This document shows positions 40,010 through 54,094 of a stretch of DNA of 64,000 nt, in pieces (position 1 is the stretch's first letter; each line of letters starts with the position of its first letter). The notes under the pieces were generated by a model. That model saw nothing but the letters and a program-made list of their open reading frames with translations, made no database searches and was not told the DNA's origin. Source of the DNA: Phoronis australis (taxonomy: Eukaryota > Animalia > Phoronida); assembly GCA_002633005.1 (NCBI GenBank), contig NMRA01000096.1, positions 823,691 to 887,690 on the forward strand, given 5' to 3'. Position numbers and translations under genes: made by a program.

Positions 40010-42731
40010 TCCGAAACAGGTAATTAATAACATTAATACAACAACATGTTGCCATTTGCAACGTGCTCACAGCATCATACTTATGGTTTTGAAGAATTTT
40101 TGTTTACATTTATTTCATTTAAAAAGGGTTCAAAGCATAAAAATACCTTTCTCAATAGGTAATATAGCATGTGCTAAATTGACCAAAATGCCATAGTTAA
40201 GAAGTAATGGTCAACAGGGATGATTCATCTATCAGGCAATTATCACTGATCAAGCCAATACTGCTCTCAGCCATGCATGCTGAGAACAGCAGGGACACTA
40301 CAGGGGTCTATGAGGTCAAATGGCAAGGTGAAATAAGTACTGCAGACTTCAATAGCTGTCTCCCTGCGAAAATAAATCTAGTCAAAATCACGTGGTCTCA
40401 ATGTCTTGCTTTTTAGCAAAGTGACGTCTCATTCAAAATACTAAATAACGTAAACAGAAAGAAGTCAAAATCGCGCGGCAAAATCGAAGGATGCGTATAT
40501 GAGTCATGCAAAGGTATAATGTGTCGACCATGTAAGTCTCAGTGCCATAGAAGGTGAGCCTGCGAGGGGAAATTGATCATCACTGAGCACGCGAAAAACT
40601 CTTAATGTTCCGTTGAAGCAAAAAAAAACGCTGTTCGGGTGGGTGTACCACCAGAACTTTGCTGAGTTTGGACGTTTTTTCACTTCAAGTATATTTTTTC
40701 CACTTTCAGCTCTTGCCAACGAGGTTAGGCGAACTCGGTTGCCATTTCGCGGCCTGGTAATTTTGCCGGGTCGCATATAGCCAGTTGATGTTATGCTACA
40801 CGTTGAGCCCTGCTCTATGACGTGATGCAAACTACTACACAGAGAAGCCACCTTTACCTGTGTCTTCTAAACTAAAACCCAATAAGTTGTTGAACACCAC
40901 GGAAATTCTATGTGTCAAAAGGAGACACCACTTCCCAGGGCTTGTCTAGCAACAAGCTCAAAATGTCACGCAAACTGCGTTATTAAAACTGGCAATTTAT
41001 TCAGTAACTATGTTTTGAAGACAATGACGGTTACTGTGACATGTAATTTGTTGATTAATGATGGAAAAAAGACCCTAATCACCAAGATTGCTCTCAACTG
41101 AACCCTTTCACACATAAAACCTTCCCTCTTGAGTTGCTAGACAACATCATTAACACAAAAACAAAGCTCTGAAATGTTTCACATCATCAAATTTTTCACA
41201 AAACAAAAAATATTCATTTGTCAAGAGTTTTTTTCACAAAACAAAAAATATTCATTTGTCAAGAGTTTTTTTCACAACACAATTAATGACTTCCATGGTC
41301 TCATCAAGTTATTTCTTTGCCATTGATTACTTGTCAAAAAGAAAAAAAACAAAACAAATGTTTCTAATTCACATGACGCACTACCAGAGATGCGTTCAGT
41401 TCCGCAAGACTAGTGTCTGTTGAATTTGGTCAGATCACGAAAGATCATGCTAGCGAACAGCTTTAGTTATGCACGTAAAGTTCCTACTAGCGGACACAAA
41501 CAAAATGGCCATCACCCAGATGATTGGTCAACAAGATTATGGGAGCATATTATATGTGAACTCAATAATTTTCTGCATTGGTCCAAGTTGGCTTGACCCA
41601 ATTAAGTGACACCTGTGATAAAACATATCCCTGTGCGTAACAGTATCACCTGACAGACTACTTTTCATAGCCACTCCAGAGTAGCACAACATTCATCACT
41701 CCAAGCGTGAGAGTAGTTTTAATCCATCCCGATGCATCAATAGACCTACCATGTCTTGTCGAAAACAGAATCTATATAAAATCTCGAATTAATAGAACAG
41801 CAATGTGCCACGTTCAAGAGTTATGTGTGGAAATACCGCAAGTGTTGAACTCCGCCTCAGGCATACATCAGGAAGACAGGATGCATTAGCCATAGTCTTC
41901 ACAGGCATCACAAAGTGCGGACACTGCTGCTTGAAATGTCAGGCAAAGTAAACATCCAAATACCAAGTGATAATGTTTATGTGTGTATGAGATAATGTTA
42001 TACTTGGCCAGAGGTACAGGTGGAGGAAGGCTGTGAAGACAGATATGATCTCCTAGACGGAATCGTACACAAATGAGGAAGTAGAAAGAAAATCAATTGA
42101 AATTGGCACGAGTTGCTTATTACTGAATGTCTTCTGTGAAATTAGGTGGAACATTATAATTATTTCTCTAGTGTCTGGTAGCCTGCTGCAGATCCGGTGA
42201 CAGATATGTATAAAACCAACTGCTGAGAAATTATAGCCACGATTTAGAAAGATGCATGTGAATACAATTCTGAACTCGAAAATGACACTTCAGCTCAGAA
42301 CCATAGTAATTTTCTAACTCCGTTAATGATTTCAACGTACATAAGGACGACATTGGATATTCCCTCTCTCAAATTAAAACAGAAAAGAAATTAAGAGTGG
42401 AGTTTCCGTAATGGAGGGGGATGTCCTGGAGTGTTAGTTAGGGATGAAATTACACCAATTCTTCACTTACACATATTAAGCACATATGTAATGTGGCGAA
42501 GGCGTGAAATTTTATATTGTCAAGTTTCCTCACAAAAATAAATATGAACAAAATTTTAGTCGATTACTAGCATAGTTTGTGCTGTGTAGATGTCATAAAA
42601 CAACATTTCAAATAAACACGAGATTCGGACAATTATAATTGTCCGAATCTCATGTGAAAAAGGTGAAACGCCGTTCACGGGATGTGTGACATAACAGTTG
42701 CCTGCAAACAGCAATAGCACAGATATTGGGG

Positions 42732-42803
42732 TTATCATTAGCTCAGTGGTAAGAGCACTAGATCGGCACTCTAGAGACCTGTGGTTTGATTCCCAGTTGG
42801 GGT
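42732..42803 (+). pseudogene. tRNA-like sequence (tRNA pseudogene or SINE head)
   Basis: A box TAGCTCAGTGG, D stem gctc/gagc, anticodon stem ctaga/tctag with loop tcGGCac, B-box-like GGTTTGATTCC, T run at 42810-42814; acceptor stem poorly paired. Confidence 0.7.
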
Positions 42804-44768
42804 TTCTGATTTTTCTGTGTTTATTTGATATACTTAACTATTGGCCAACATCAGCGTCTGCATATTTACTACACACAACAACATTTGGCGAAATTTCCGT
42901 AATTATTTGTAGTAATAAGCATTTGAAAAAGGAATAACGGCAATTTTGACAATTATCTTGAGCGAAATACGAGGACAATTATCATAACACATTTAATAAC
43001 AATAATCATGTCTCGGCATTACATCAGAATTTTACCGGTTTTATACAAAAATAATTGCAGTTCTCCACAGGGTGCTTCAACAAACGGTGTTACCCTTTTC
43101 TAATTTCAGAAGCTGACTTAGCACTCCGACTGAATTCTCCCACCCGCTTTTCCACCCTCTCTAAAATTGTTTCCACCCTCTCTAAAATTTTTTCGACAAC
43201 AGTCTACAACTTTAATATACCACTGTGTATGTTGTACAAATCTCTCTCAATAAGGCCTTATTGCATTCAGATTAGCAACACAGTAAGATTTCATCAAATC
43301 ACAGGAAATTAGCTCTTAATTGTTAACATGTTCTCAGGCCAGGCTGTCAAAAGCCCCATTGGAAGAGAGACACTCCTGAGAACAAATGACCAAAGGGTGA
43401 TTGTATATGCTACTGAACATTCAGTCTTCTCTGAAATTTGAAAAACCTGTAAATTTTCCGGATTTCCCATTTTTAAAGGTTCCAACACTGCAGTGAATGC
43501 ACAAAATAATTCCCAATATTGTCCAATAACTATAGAACAGAACTTAAACATAACATCAGTTAGACACATTTCTTAAAAAAAATTACACAACAGAATTTCC
43601 CTTGTCCGCAATATTGTGAACTGGATTGGTGAGATACAGGAATTTTTACTTAATATTTGACACACAAAGTAGACGACAAGTGAAATTCCAATTTGTTAAA
43701 TTTCACCACAAATGTAAATATTAAGAACATTTAAGTCTATTTACAAACATGTATTGCAGTGTGCAGTTGTCATAAACACCAATTTCTCCAATACCGGTAA
43801 ATAAGTTAGTTTACTGAAGGAAGAGAATAGTTCTTAATGACACTAATTTTGCATCAAACTTTATTTGTCCAGTTTTTACCCACATCGGCACAAATCTGTA
43901 TATTTAGTATATGGCTTTGTACCAAGGCTAAACGATGGTATGCAATGTCCTCCCCTTAGAAGACACCTTTTTCGAAGAGCTCGAACACCCAGGTGCCATA
44001 CAAAAAGGCATGGTAAGCTTTTTTCAACACTATGAAAAAGTAAACAGTAAAAAACGAGAACGGCTGATACAATGATAAAATACGACGAAATTCTTTCAGC
44101 TCTGCATGTCGCAATATGGCACAACAATCTGTGATAAGCAGTCGATACGAACCACGTGATGGACATATTAGCCAATCAGCGATGATCGCTGTCAGAATTG
44201 CAATGTTTTGACAATAAATATGAATCCGCGTTTGTTTGGCACGCAACTGGGCAAATGTGAGATTTATTTATACTTAGAACCCATTAACTACTGCATTATT
44301 TTTACTACAGCCATCTTTTAAGTCAAGTGACCTTGCTCTCTAGGAAAATTCAGCAAAAATTTAAAGTATATCCATGCTAAACAACAGGATCAGTAACCCG
44401 AACCAAATTTCATGTGATATTTTAATATTATGAACATTTAAAAATGTTCAAGATGCAATCTCAAAACTACTGTTACAGTTTTCTAAACTATCGTGTTGCT
44501 TTTGTTTCATGCAACTTAAAGAAATTTCATAAAAATCATATAAGCCTTATTTTGATAGCCCCTCATACAGAAATGGGTCAGTTTTAAAACAATTAACAAC
44601 GTTTTGGACAACAGTGTATAAAGGTCAATATCTGAAACTATCATCTGAATCCGATAAGCCATTTCTGAGATACGATGCTCCGAAGTTGACCAAAATTGGA
44701 CATTTTTCTAGGGTACCACAATAACATGATTACTGGTACAAGACCAAGAATTATCTCTGATGTCTAAA

Positions 44769-46120
44769 GGGCCTTTCATACTAATGTCAATGCGTCGATG
44801 TTTTGGGGAGTTGCGGTCAGTATGAACACTTAACTTCGGTCCTGGATCGAAGTTAACAGCGCCAGTTAACTTCGCACTAAACAAGTGGCTTGAAGAGTAG
44901 AGTGTCGACACTGCGGTGCAGTATGAATGGTCAAATTCGGTTCTATCGAAGTTATCGCCAGGTGCCAACAATTACAGGGTAGTGCCATCACTAATAGTTG
45001 CTTATATTTTGCTCCAATAATCACCAACTGACTTAAAAATGAAAGCGCTCCGAGGAGCGACACTTGGCGAAATTAACAGAAGAGACGACCACGGAGATGA
45101 TGACGATGGTGGCGACGATGAACAATACAACTAGTGATAACATTCACAAGATGAACGGAGAGGCCAGAAATCAGTAAGTATAGACTACAGTCTTGAGCGA
45201 CACTTGGCGAAATTAACTGAAAAGATGACGACGGAAATGATGATGAATATGATGATGATGGTGATGATAACATTCATATGACGCACTTAGATATCATAAA
45301 TCAGCAAGAAATAGGCTACAGTCTTGTTCAATAAAAGCTAAACCAACATCAATGCAGTAAGGGCGCTCAACAAAGGAACAGCGCTATCAGAAAATCTCAA
45401 ATAATTCAAAAAGTAGACGTCCTAGCCAAAAATGGAAGATAACATCTGAAAGCCTATTCAAAACTCTATCTAAATTGATGGTATCGCAGAATTCCGTAAA
45501 TTTTTCAAAAAAATGAAATTTTGTGTTCTTTTTTGAAATTCAAAGTCAAATAACTCGAAAACGTCTGAGAAAAAATTGTCATTTGAAAGGATATACCTCA
45601 AAGAATCCACATGCAAAAATTCACGTCATTTCCTCTTCCCGTGTAAAATGGCACTCTAGCCCGACTGAAAATGGGTCAGATCCGCCATCTTGAAAGCAAC
45701 TTCCCATTTTTTGGCTCTGTATAATAGCAAGTCATAAGAAACTAATACCTGCAAAAATACGAAGGAATTGGCCCTATAATGCGCCCTCTACAGGAGAAAA
45801 CGTTTTTAGGCCAAAATTGAGGTGCGCATGCGCGATCGCCGATATTTCCGCCATCAATTTCCGGTTATACTTGTAGCACACTTCCGGTCCAATTACTGTG
45901 CTGATTCTCAGCCCTGTACGTAATAATCACAAACAGACTTAAAAATAAGTTTTATACCAATTAGTACATGTTAATGTCCCCAAATTGTCACACTGAAAAA
46001 AATCTTAGCCTGCAGCGCTACCTTGCTCGCCTACCATTTACTTCGATGAACGGTCCGGTTAACTTCGCAGTAAACGTCGACGCTCGGCTCAGACAGGAGT
46101 TAAGTCAATATAAAAGGGCC
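44769..46120. mobile_element. Possible PIF/Harbinger-type non-autonomous element with nested repeats
   Basis: Imperfect TIRs gggcctttcatact / aatataaaagggcc next to TAA/TTA-like sites; gttaacttcg motifs near both ends; related motifs at 55650-55920. Confidence 0.35.
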
Positions 46121-47847
46121 TTAGTAATGATGCCTTTCTTTCCCTTGTCAACCCATCTTGAAAGACTGGATCAAAATCTTCCCGAAAAATACACACGCTA
46201 ATGCTTTCCTTGTGTTTGTTGATGACAGTAGTACAGCATAAATTTCGAAAAAGATAAAGTAAAGTTTGCTAACTATTGAAAATTTTCACTTGTCTGCCAC
46301 ATAATGTTCTAAAATTTACCATACCTCTTTTGAAGTCAGAGTGTGATGCTTACAGGGAAGCATTCTGAAAACTGGACATGGTCCATATCATTGCAGCAAT
46401 ATTTATGCTGAACAGGAACTAGGAATTAAAGAAAGGCCTTAATTCAGAGCTAATAATGTAAACTACTAGTGTGGTAATAAGCTATCTGACATCTGAAAGT
46501 TTCAGTTTCATAGCAACAGATGAACACTTTGATAAGGAGGTGCTGACATGGCAGATGTTGGAAAGCTTAAGAAAAATTCTTAACATTTTATACACAAATT
46601 GATTACACAACCAGTCCAGGGGCTTTCAATTTAAAATATCAAATGAAAGAGGGACAAAGACTCCACTAACTTCCCTTAAACAAATGTTTTGTTGCCTCAC
46701 CAGATCCATTTGCACTTTACCTTCTGAATTCGGAGTACAAAATGCCGAAACAGACAACACTCGACTTACGGGTCGTCACTAACCCAATCCGCAGTACTCC
46801 AAGCCCAAGAAATAACGTGGTGCACGTAAAGTTTATGTAGGGTGTTTTACATTTACCACAGATACCATGGAAATGGCACCATCATTTTAAGGTGTAACAC
46901 CAATAGTCCAGGATTCTAATCTCGAGTGATTCAACCAGAAAAACACAAAACCATATCGACATCCCTAACAAACAATAGCATAAAATCCAAACTGAAAATA
47001 TTAAACCTGCATTTCGCCCTGTTCAGAAAGCTGAAAATAAAATTAAACTTGAAACAGGCCTTACACTCCGACTCACAAAATCAATCTAGCAACAGTCCTT
47101 ACTGTGGTATGCTTCTATTTCCATTACCAACTCTAGTCATACGTAATGCGCCGTTTTCAAATTTGCAACTTTAGGGTTGGTCAACCCCAATAGAACTCTC
47201 AAGCATTTTCTTGAGTAGGTGATAGCTTTGATGTTCTTGTTGGTACGTAACAGAAACAAAATCCTGTCACAGTGAGCATTGGAGACCGATTTCAATTGAG
47301 TACAAGGCCTAATTATTTTTTAGCCAGATACACATGGCAGCTTTAATTCTTAAAAAATGGCACTGTTTCCAGTAACGATGAATACAGTAGTCATAACTGA
47401 GTGTCAAACACACTTCCTTCCAACACATTACATCCTATTAGACATTTCCCTCTTTGGAGGAAATCCAATTACAAACACTGACAATCCAAATTAAATAATG
47501 ACATTTGGATGTTGTAAAATGTTTATACATTGACGTGAAGGCCAGGTTTCTTTGTCTAATCAAAAACTTTATGTAGTCTATTTCCTGCTCAAAATACTCA
47601 TCAAACAGTTTGGAAATCTAGTCACATTGATCGATCAACACTTAGTGTATGATCGATCAACACTTAGTGTTGATCGATCATACACTAATTAGATCACCTC
47701 ATCTTCATATTACAAACAGCTTATAGGTTCCATGGTTATCTTTTCAAATAAGTGAACAGGCAAGTCTTCAAAGTCTATTTCAACACAACCAGCATAAACC
47801 TACCCCATCCTTTGTGTGTTATCTGTATTTTGCAGATTATCAAATAC

Positions 47848-47994
47848 CAGTGACGGATTTGGGGGGAAAGAGGGCCTTGCCCCCGCCCTCCTAAAATTCT
47901 CCCAGATTCAATTTGGCAGTTTGGACCTGTACGAATGTCTGACGGGCAAACTCCTGCTCTGATCCCCCAAGTCAAAATCCTGGATCCCTCCCTG
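47848..47994. mobile_element. Short MITE with CAGTG(A/G)C ends, hAT-like; second copy at 53940-54094
   Basis: The two copies share atttggcagtttgg..gaatgtctga.gggcaaa and caaaatcctggatc; no clear TSD. Confidence 0.6.
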
Positions 47995-48133
47995 AACACC
48001 CGATAAGACCAACCAAGAGAGCTGGGACGATGGACGGATGAACACCCTTGTTGATGTACTACACTAAAAATTCCTGAGCCATCCATTTATCACTTCTCAG
48101 AAACTCTTCACCTCCAGCACACAAAACTATTAA

Positions 48134-48871
48134 ACAAGAGCAACGCAGAGCAGTGCAGAGCGTTGCAATACACCCATGAATGGGTGTTTATTTGTATCAT
48201 AAAAATGGCCACTGGATGGTACAGAATACTTCAAATCCATCGAAAAAAAAGAGAAAATGTCACTGCTTTTTAACAGAAAGCTTTTACAACATTTAATGAA
48301 AACCTTCAAGGAACTATAGAAAAACGGAGCAAAAAGGAAAAAATGAAATTGCCACTAGGGGGCAAAGCGTTCATTGGATCCATCTGAAAGTTGTCGTCTT
48401 TCGTTGTCAACTTCATATGAATACACTTGCTAAATTTAATAAAGATCCTGGAGAGGGCTTAGGAGATACAGCTATGGGCGCAAAAAAACTAAACTGTTAC
48501 TAGGGGGCACCACAGTAACTGAAGTCGGAAAATCATCGACAAACGTTCTCTTCACACTACAAACATATAAGCCAATTTTCACTATCTTCCCAAGAGTGGT
48601 TTGGTTGACAGAGAGCGGACGCCAAAAACAGACAACACAGAAAAAATGGCCACCAGATGGTGCAAAATACATCAAATCCGTCCGAAAACTAGAAAATGTC
48701 ACAGCAAATTTATGAAATTTCGTCAAAGAACATCAGAGAAACAGAGAAAAATGGAAAAAATGAAATTGCCCCTAGGACCCGGCCAGTGTTCGTCGGATCC
48801 GTCTGAAAGTCGCCGTCTTCCATTGCCAATTTAATATGAATATATAATATAAATATGTGGGCACATCAAAA
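48134..48871 (-). mobile_element. Shorter copy of the same Helentron-type element
   Basis: Starts acaagagcaacgc..gcgttg, has ~1.5 internal units and ends atataaatatgtgggcacatcaaaa, matching 2266-2290; the microsatellite is missing. Confidence 0.72.
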
Positions 48872-51489
48872 TGACTCAGAATTCCCTGTCATGAAATTAA
48901 GGCAAAAGTCGAATTCGTCATCGACTCGTCAGAGGTCAGATTGGTCATCTCGCATGATTGAGAATAAAGTGAATAGCGAGCAAGTTGGTATGTGGCAAAG
49001 ACATTCTGTATCTTCAACATTGCCATCATAATAGTTATAAAGGAGAAATCTCAAAAATTCACGGCACAATATGGCAGACAGGTGAACTTTATCTTCGCAT
49101 TGCACCAAATTGATGCTTTATGGTGCTCAAGCTAGGAATCATAGTCACAACCAGACAATATTTTAAAAATCTTGACAATGAAAAAATGACAATTTTTTTG
49201 GTCCGATCTTTGTGAGACTTTACAGAACCAATCATTTTAGTTCTTAAAAGAATTGGTCGACATGAAGCCAGAGTAGAGGTATTGCATCTAATTGCATGTG
49301 TCGTATACTGTATTTGGCACGTCGTATGGCTAAAATAAAAATTAGGAAATTTTTTATCAATTACTAAATTGTTTTGTACAGTGCAGACATTCTAACACAA
49401 TAGTTGATAAGTTTTTGTTACTTGCTGAAAGTAAACCTGCCTTTAAAAACTGAACTATGACACATTTAGTAACAGTTTTTGTGTGAGGTTAAGAAAAGAA
49501 CGAAATAGTAGTGTGTCCATTTCCAAGACCTTACGAAAAACTATAATGAAAAAGAATGCAAGTTAGTAACAATTTTCAACAATTAGTGACAATTTTCACA
49601 TGAAATCCCACCAAATGAGTACCTTGTAAACTAACATGTACTTTAACTAAAATGTTGTCTTCTTAAAATCTTAACTAAGTAAGAAGTGATCTATAAGAGT
49701 GTACGTTTTCTCCAATATGTATTTGGCAAAAACGTCACTTTTTTACTTTAAATAAATCAAAATAACAAAGGCTCTAGCAAAAAAAACTGAAACATGGCTT
49801 TCACATCAAGACGTTGTGCTGACAGAAATTCAAACGCAATTAAAATCAGTGTACTCCTTCACTGAAAAACAGAATTTAGTGCAAACAGTCGAACAATCAC
49901 CATTTTGTCCTCGATTTACATGGCATAACAATGAATAAAAATTTCAGAATTTTGAAATGATGCTATAGACAGCAGATTCACTCGGCAAAGTGAGTTGACA
50001 AAAACTGCTTGGCATTGTGGGAAAACTTCAGCAGATTTGACATGATTGGCATGTTGTAGATAATGAGTGATTCCTTAGTTTTTATATGATAAAAATTACA
50101 CAAAACGAATGAGTAAGTTGTTGGGAACTACAAATAAAGTTATGAAATAAAAAATGTTGGAAGGATCAGTGAAAAAATCAATGAAACAAATCTTTTCACG
50201 TCATTGTGATTCTAAAACACACCTAATGGCCAGAATTCTACGTGGTTTTGAGCATTTGCCATTGTTAAGATGAACGTGCGTAGACTGGCCTTCCCCGACT
50301 GACATCCACGCTGATCCAATCTCTGAGAATGCCACGCAGACGCAAATCAACTAACGCCATGGTAACTCGATTCATGTCAAGTTTTTGTCATGTAAAAGTG
50401 ACTTGAGTACCCATCTAAACAAAGATAAAGGTGAAGAGCTCGAAAACACCTTGGAAACTGTCGCCAGGGAAACAGGGAAACTGAGTTAATGCGGAGTAAT
50501 GAGACCAAGCAATTTAGGTGCCATGAAAAATTTTTAAGGTTTTCACGTCGTAAGGTGGTTTTCATCTTTCTTGTTCAGAAGATTTTGAAGATTTTAGGAA
50601 AAAGTGGGAAACAAGCATCAGGATAATTGTCTTCTGTTTCAATGGTAACCATATAATTACTGAGTGAAAATGTTGCTATGAGACCCAAAGGTGTCTTTAT
50701 CATATATTCAACTTTTTACGTTGAATCCGATAGATTCAACTGTAACTGTTCAATATTTAAAGTTCAAGGAACACAAGTTAGCATCATCAATTCCTCAATT
50801 CTCTGAGTTCTTATGTGTACACTGAGAAGTGCAGCCAGCAGTGTTTAATAAGTTTGCAAAATAATAATTTAATAAGCTGTTACATAACCTGACATGGCAT
50901 TGGAGCTGCTAATCAAACCGAGCTCAATTGATTGATGCAAAATCAAACACTACACAAGAATTAACAAATGAGATTAGATGACAGCTATTAACGGAAAACC
51001 AATGATAGATTATACTGTTTTAAGTAATCAACATTTTGTGTTACCCTAGAATAAATTATTCTTGAAATGGGTACTGGTATTTTCGTAGATAAGCCCATGG
51101 GTGTGTATTCGGAAAATGAAAATTTTCAGGCGTTTTAGTAACACCAATTATTATTCGGAAAATGGGGTCATGTAAAAGGAAAGTCATAGTTTTGCTGACT
51201 TTGACATTTTTACTTATAACTTTAAATTTTATGTTCATAAATGCATAGTTCACCAACACCTTGTTCATTTTTATAGACGACAGATACTCTACAAAACTGA
51301 CTTGATGTCAAAATGTTGACTCTGAGAGGGCTTTCATGAGGAAATTTTCCAAATAAACGCCTCACTACCAGTACCTGGACACTTTACACCGGAACTTGTA
51401 ACACCAAATAAACGCCCAATGGGCATAATTTTCGAAACAATCGCCAATGGACATTTCATCCGGTGGGCTTATCTATGGAAAATATCGCT

Positions 51490-51594
51490 AATAGTAGAAT
51501 ACAACGTGCCCCCATTTTGAGAACCAGTTTTCTCCACTGAATAACCGGCATTAAACTGGTTCTCAAAATGTGGGCACGTTATATCCGACTATTG
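51490..51594. mobile_element. Small MITE-like hairpin
   Basis: 28-bp arms 51503-51530 and 51553-51580 with one mismatch, extendable to ~40 bp; one arm recurs at about 34919-34966. Confidence 0.7.
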
Positions 51595-52160
51595 CCCTGG
51601 AACGATTTCTTGCTTGGTTAAGTAGCAGTGTGGACGCTGCTTTAACAATTCTCATTTTATTTCGTATAAAAGTAACGGACAAAATTGCATTTTTCCATTT
51701 TTCAAAGCCTGACTACTTCGCAGCAAATACTAGAAACTTAACCACATCGTTGTTTCACATCTACACAGTACAAACCATAGCTAGTAACATTTTGTTTTTG
51801 TGAAAAAGCTGACAAAATAGAATTTCACAAGTCGGCTATATTGTGTGCTAAGTAAGTGAAGCACTACCACATATTGCGCTGGTGACAACTTAGTCTACCT
51901 CATCAAGGTAGAGTAGCATGTTCCAGGGTAAGGGTAACTTACCTCAGTTCCAAGTCCTATTGGGGACAAATTTCAGTGAGCCGAAACAATGCAGAGGCTA
52001 GATACCAGTAAAATATTGCTGTTTATACACAGTAGTTTAACAACAGTATGTAAACATGTTTTAAATGGACATCAGCACGGTGCAGTGCGCAAAAATATTT
52101 TCGTCGGATAACGGGAAATCAATATGTTTAAAATTGAGACAAACATTAGGCTGTACTCAC

Positions 52161-52203
52161 CTATACCCTGGTTGTTGCAAGACCACACGACACCTCAACA
52201 GTT
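52161..52203 (-). other. Candidate 43-nt non-coding (5' UTR) exon of SIPA1L
   Basis: Near-consensus acceptor tttctgttttgttccag and donor TAG|GTGAGT; no transcript evidence available. Confidence 0.45.
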
Positions 52204-53939
52204 CTGGAACAAAACAGAAATGACTTAAATTACTTTTTCACAGTGAATTACCGAAGTTAGTAAACTAGATAAATGATAAGGCATCACTGACAATCCAGTT
52301 CATAATTGATATCATGAAGTGATCAGAAAATGATATCAATTACCATCAATGTCACTCATTTCCAGACAGGTGTTTCTGTCCAAATATCAAAAACCAAATT
52401 CCCATATCACATTTTGCAAAAATGGCACTGAGCCGGCACTTACCAGCGCAAGGCAAAATGTCATCCACAAAACACTGATTTATCAAAAATCTGTTGTTCT
52501 TTCCCAGACATTTCACTAATCTCACTCGCAGTGCTGCTAAAGATGGGATCACGAGGCAGACATTTTCACTTCTTAAACGAGCAACATGCATAACTTAAAA
52601 CATCCCCTGGGCAACAAGTCGTCTCTGAAGTGACATCGCGCAACACCGCGAAGACGTCAACCCACATCCCATCCACACGAGTCCAATTAAGCCAGTCCAT
52701 CAATTAACAGATAATTACTGCAGCAAATGCCACAGTGTTTAAGACTCATTGTGCGTGTGTGTTTAGGAGAAAGACGACAAGGAGCGAACATCCATTAGTT
52801 AATGCACACGTAGGTAACTCGTGAGAATACAGCATTGGTTTACAACCGAATAATCCTTAAAAGTGACGTAAAATAAAACGAGATGTACACCACCTCATCA
52901 CACTGTGAATGATTGACAGGGTGACAAAGCATCTGCAGATTCGTTTCAATCCATCAACTGAGGCTTAAGTCTAACGACTCCTACACACCACACTATGTAG
53001 TTGTCAATATGGTCACAAAAAATGAATGAAATTGGATACAAAATGGCCGCCACGCCCGCCATTTTGTATCCGATCATGACCAAAAACAATAGCGTTTCAG
53101 TACTTCCTAATCTACACGTTGTGTGCAAATTTCGTGAAAATCGGACGAAAATTGCGACATGTAGAGAGCGAACAAAAAAAATTGCTGTCAGACCAACATA
53201 CTTGGCGGAAGAATTTCGCCAAAAAAGCAAATGCAAACCGACTAAGCATAATGCAACCTGAAGAATAACCTTGTCCTGCATTCGATGCATGTTTTTGGCC
53301 TAGGTTGCATGTTTCAGCCCAATCCCGGGCTGTTTCACCGGGATGGCAAGGGCTTGGATCCTATGTGAAAGGGCCTTTAGAACCTGTGGCAAGAACTGAC
53401 AAATTACCTAATACATGCCTTCCTTAGCTCATAATACAGCCAGCTGGACAGATGTTCCTTGTTGATTGGAGATAAGAGAGACATGACAAGAAGATGGTTC
53501 AAAATACCAGCATGGCCAAAGATGGTTTTGAGTTAATCACCAGTAGACTGGACTTGCTAATTACACAAATCAGTTTTGTGATGACCAAGACATGCTGAAC
53601 ATGCCACCAGGAGCACACTCAAGTAGACAATTTATGACAAGAAGATAGTTCAACCCAGCATGTCCAAGAAAGTGTGTTAGGTACACTTACCATGAACAGT
53701 CTTTGAGTCGCATCCATCCAATTTCATCAAAATTTTACTATGACCTTGTGACTTGGCTATTGCTGGTGAAGTCTATGAATGGCATTTGCTCGATTATTTA
53801 ATCTGTTCTGATTGAAATGATGCGAGTTATCTCATTTTAATTCAGTTGTGGGGTTTCTCGAAACTTGACTATAGCAGTAAGCGGGTAGCTGAATTTCAGG
53901 AAATTAAGCTACTTCTCGGGCAATTTGAATATTCCTTTC

Positions 53940-54094
53940 CAGTGGCAGATGGGGGGGGGGCAAGATTCCTTGCAAGGAATCTTGCCCCCTTATTTCATTT
54001 GGCAGTTTGGGAGTATGAATGTCTGATGGGCAAAATCCAGGCTAATACTCTGCCCTGCCCCCCCCCCCAACTCAAAATCCTGGATCAGCCCACT
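53940..54094. mobile_element. Second copy of the short hAT-like MITE
   Basis: Homologous to 47848-47994. Confidence 0.6.
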
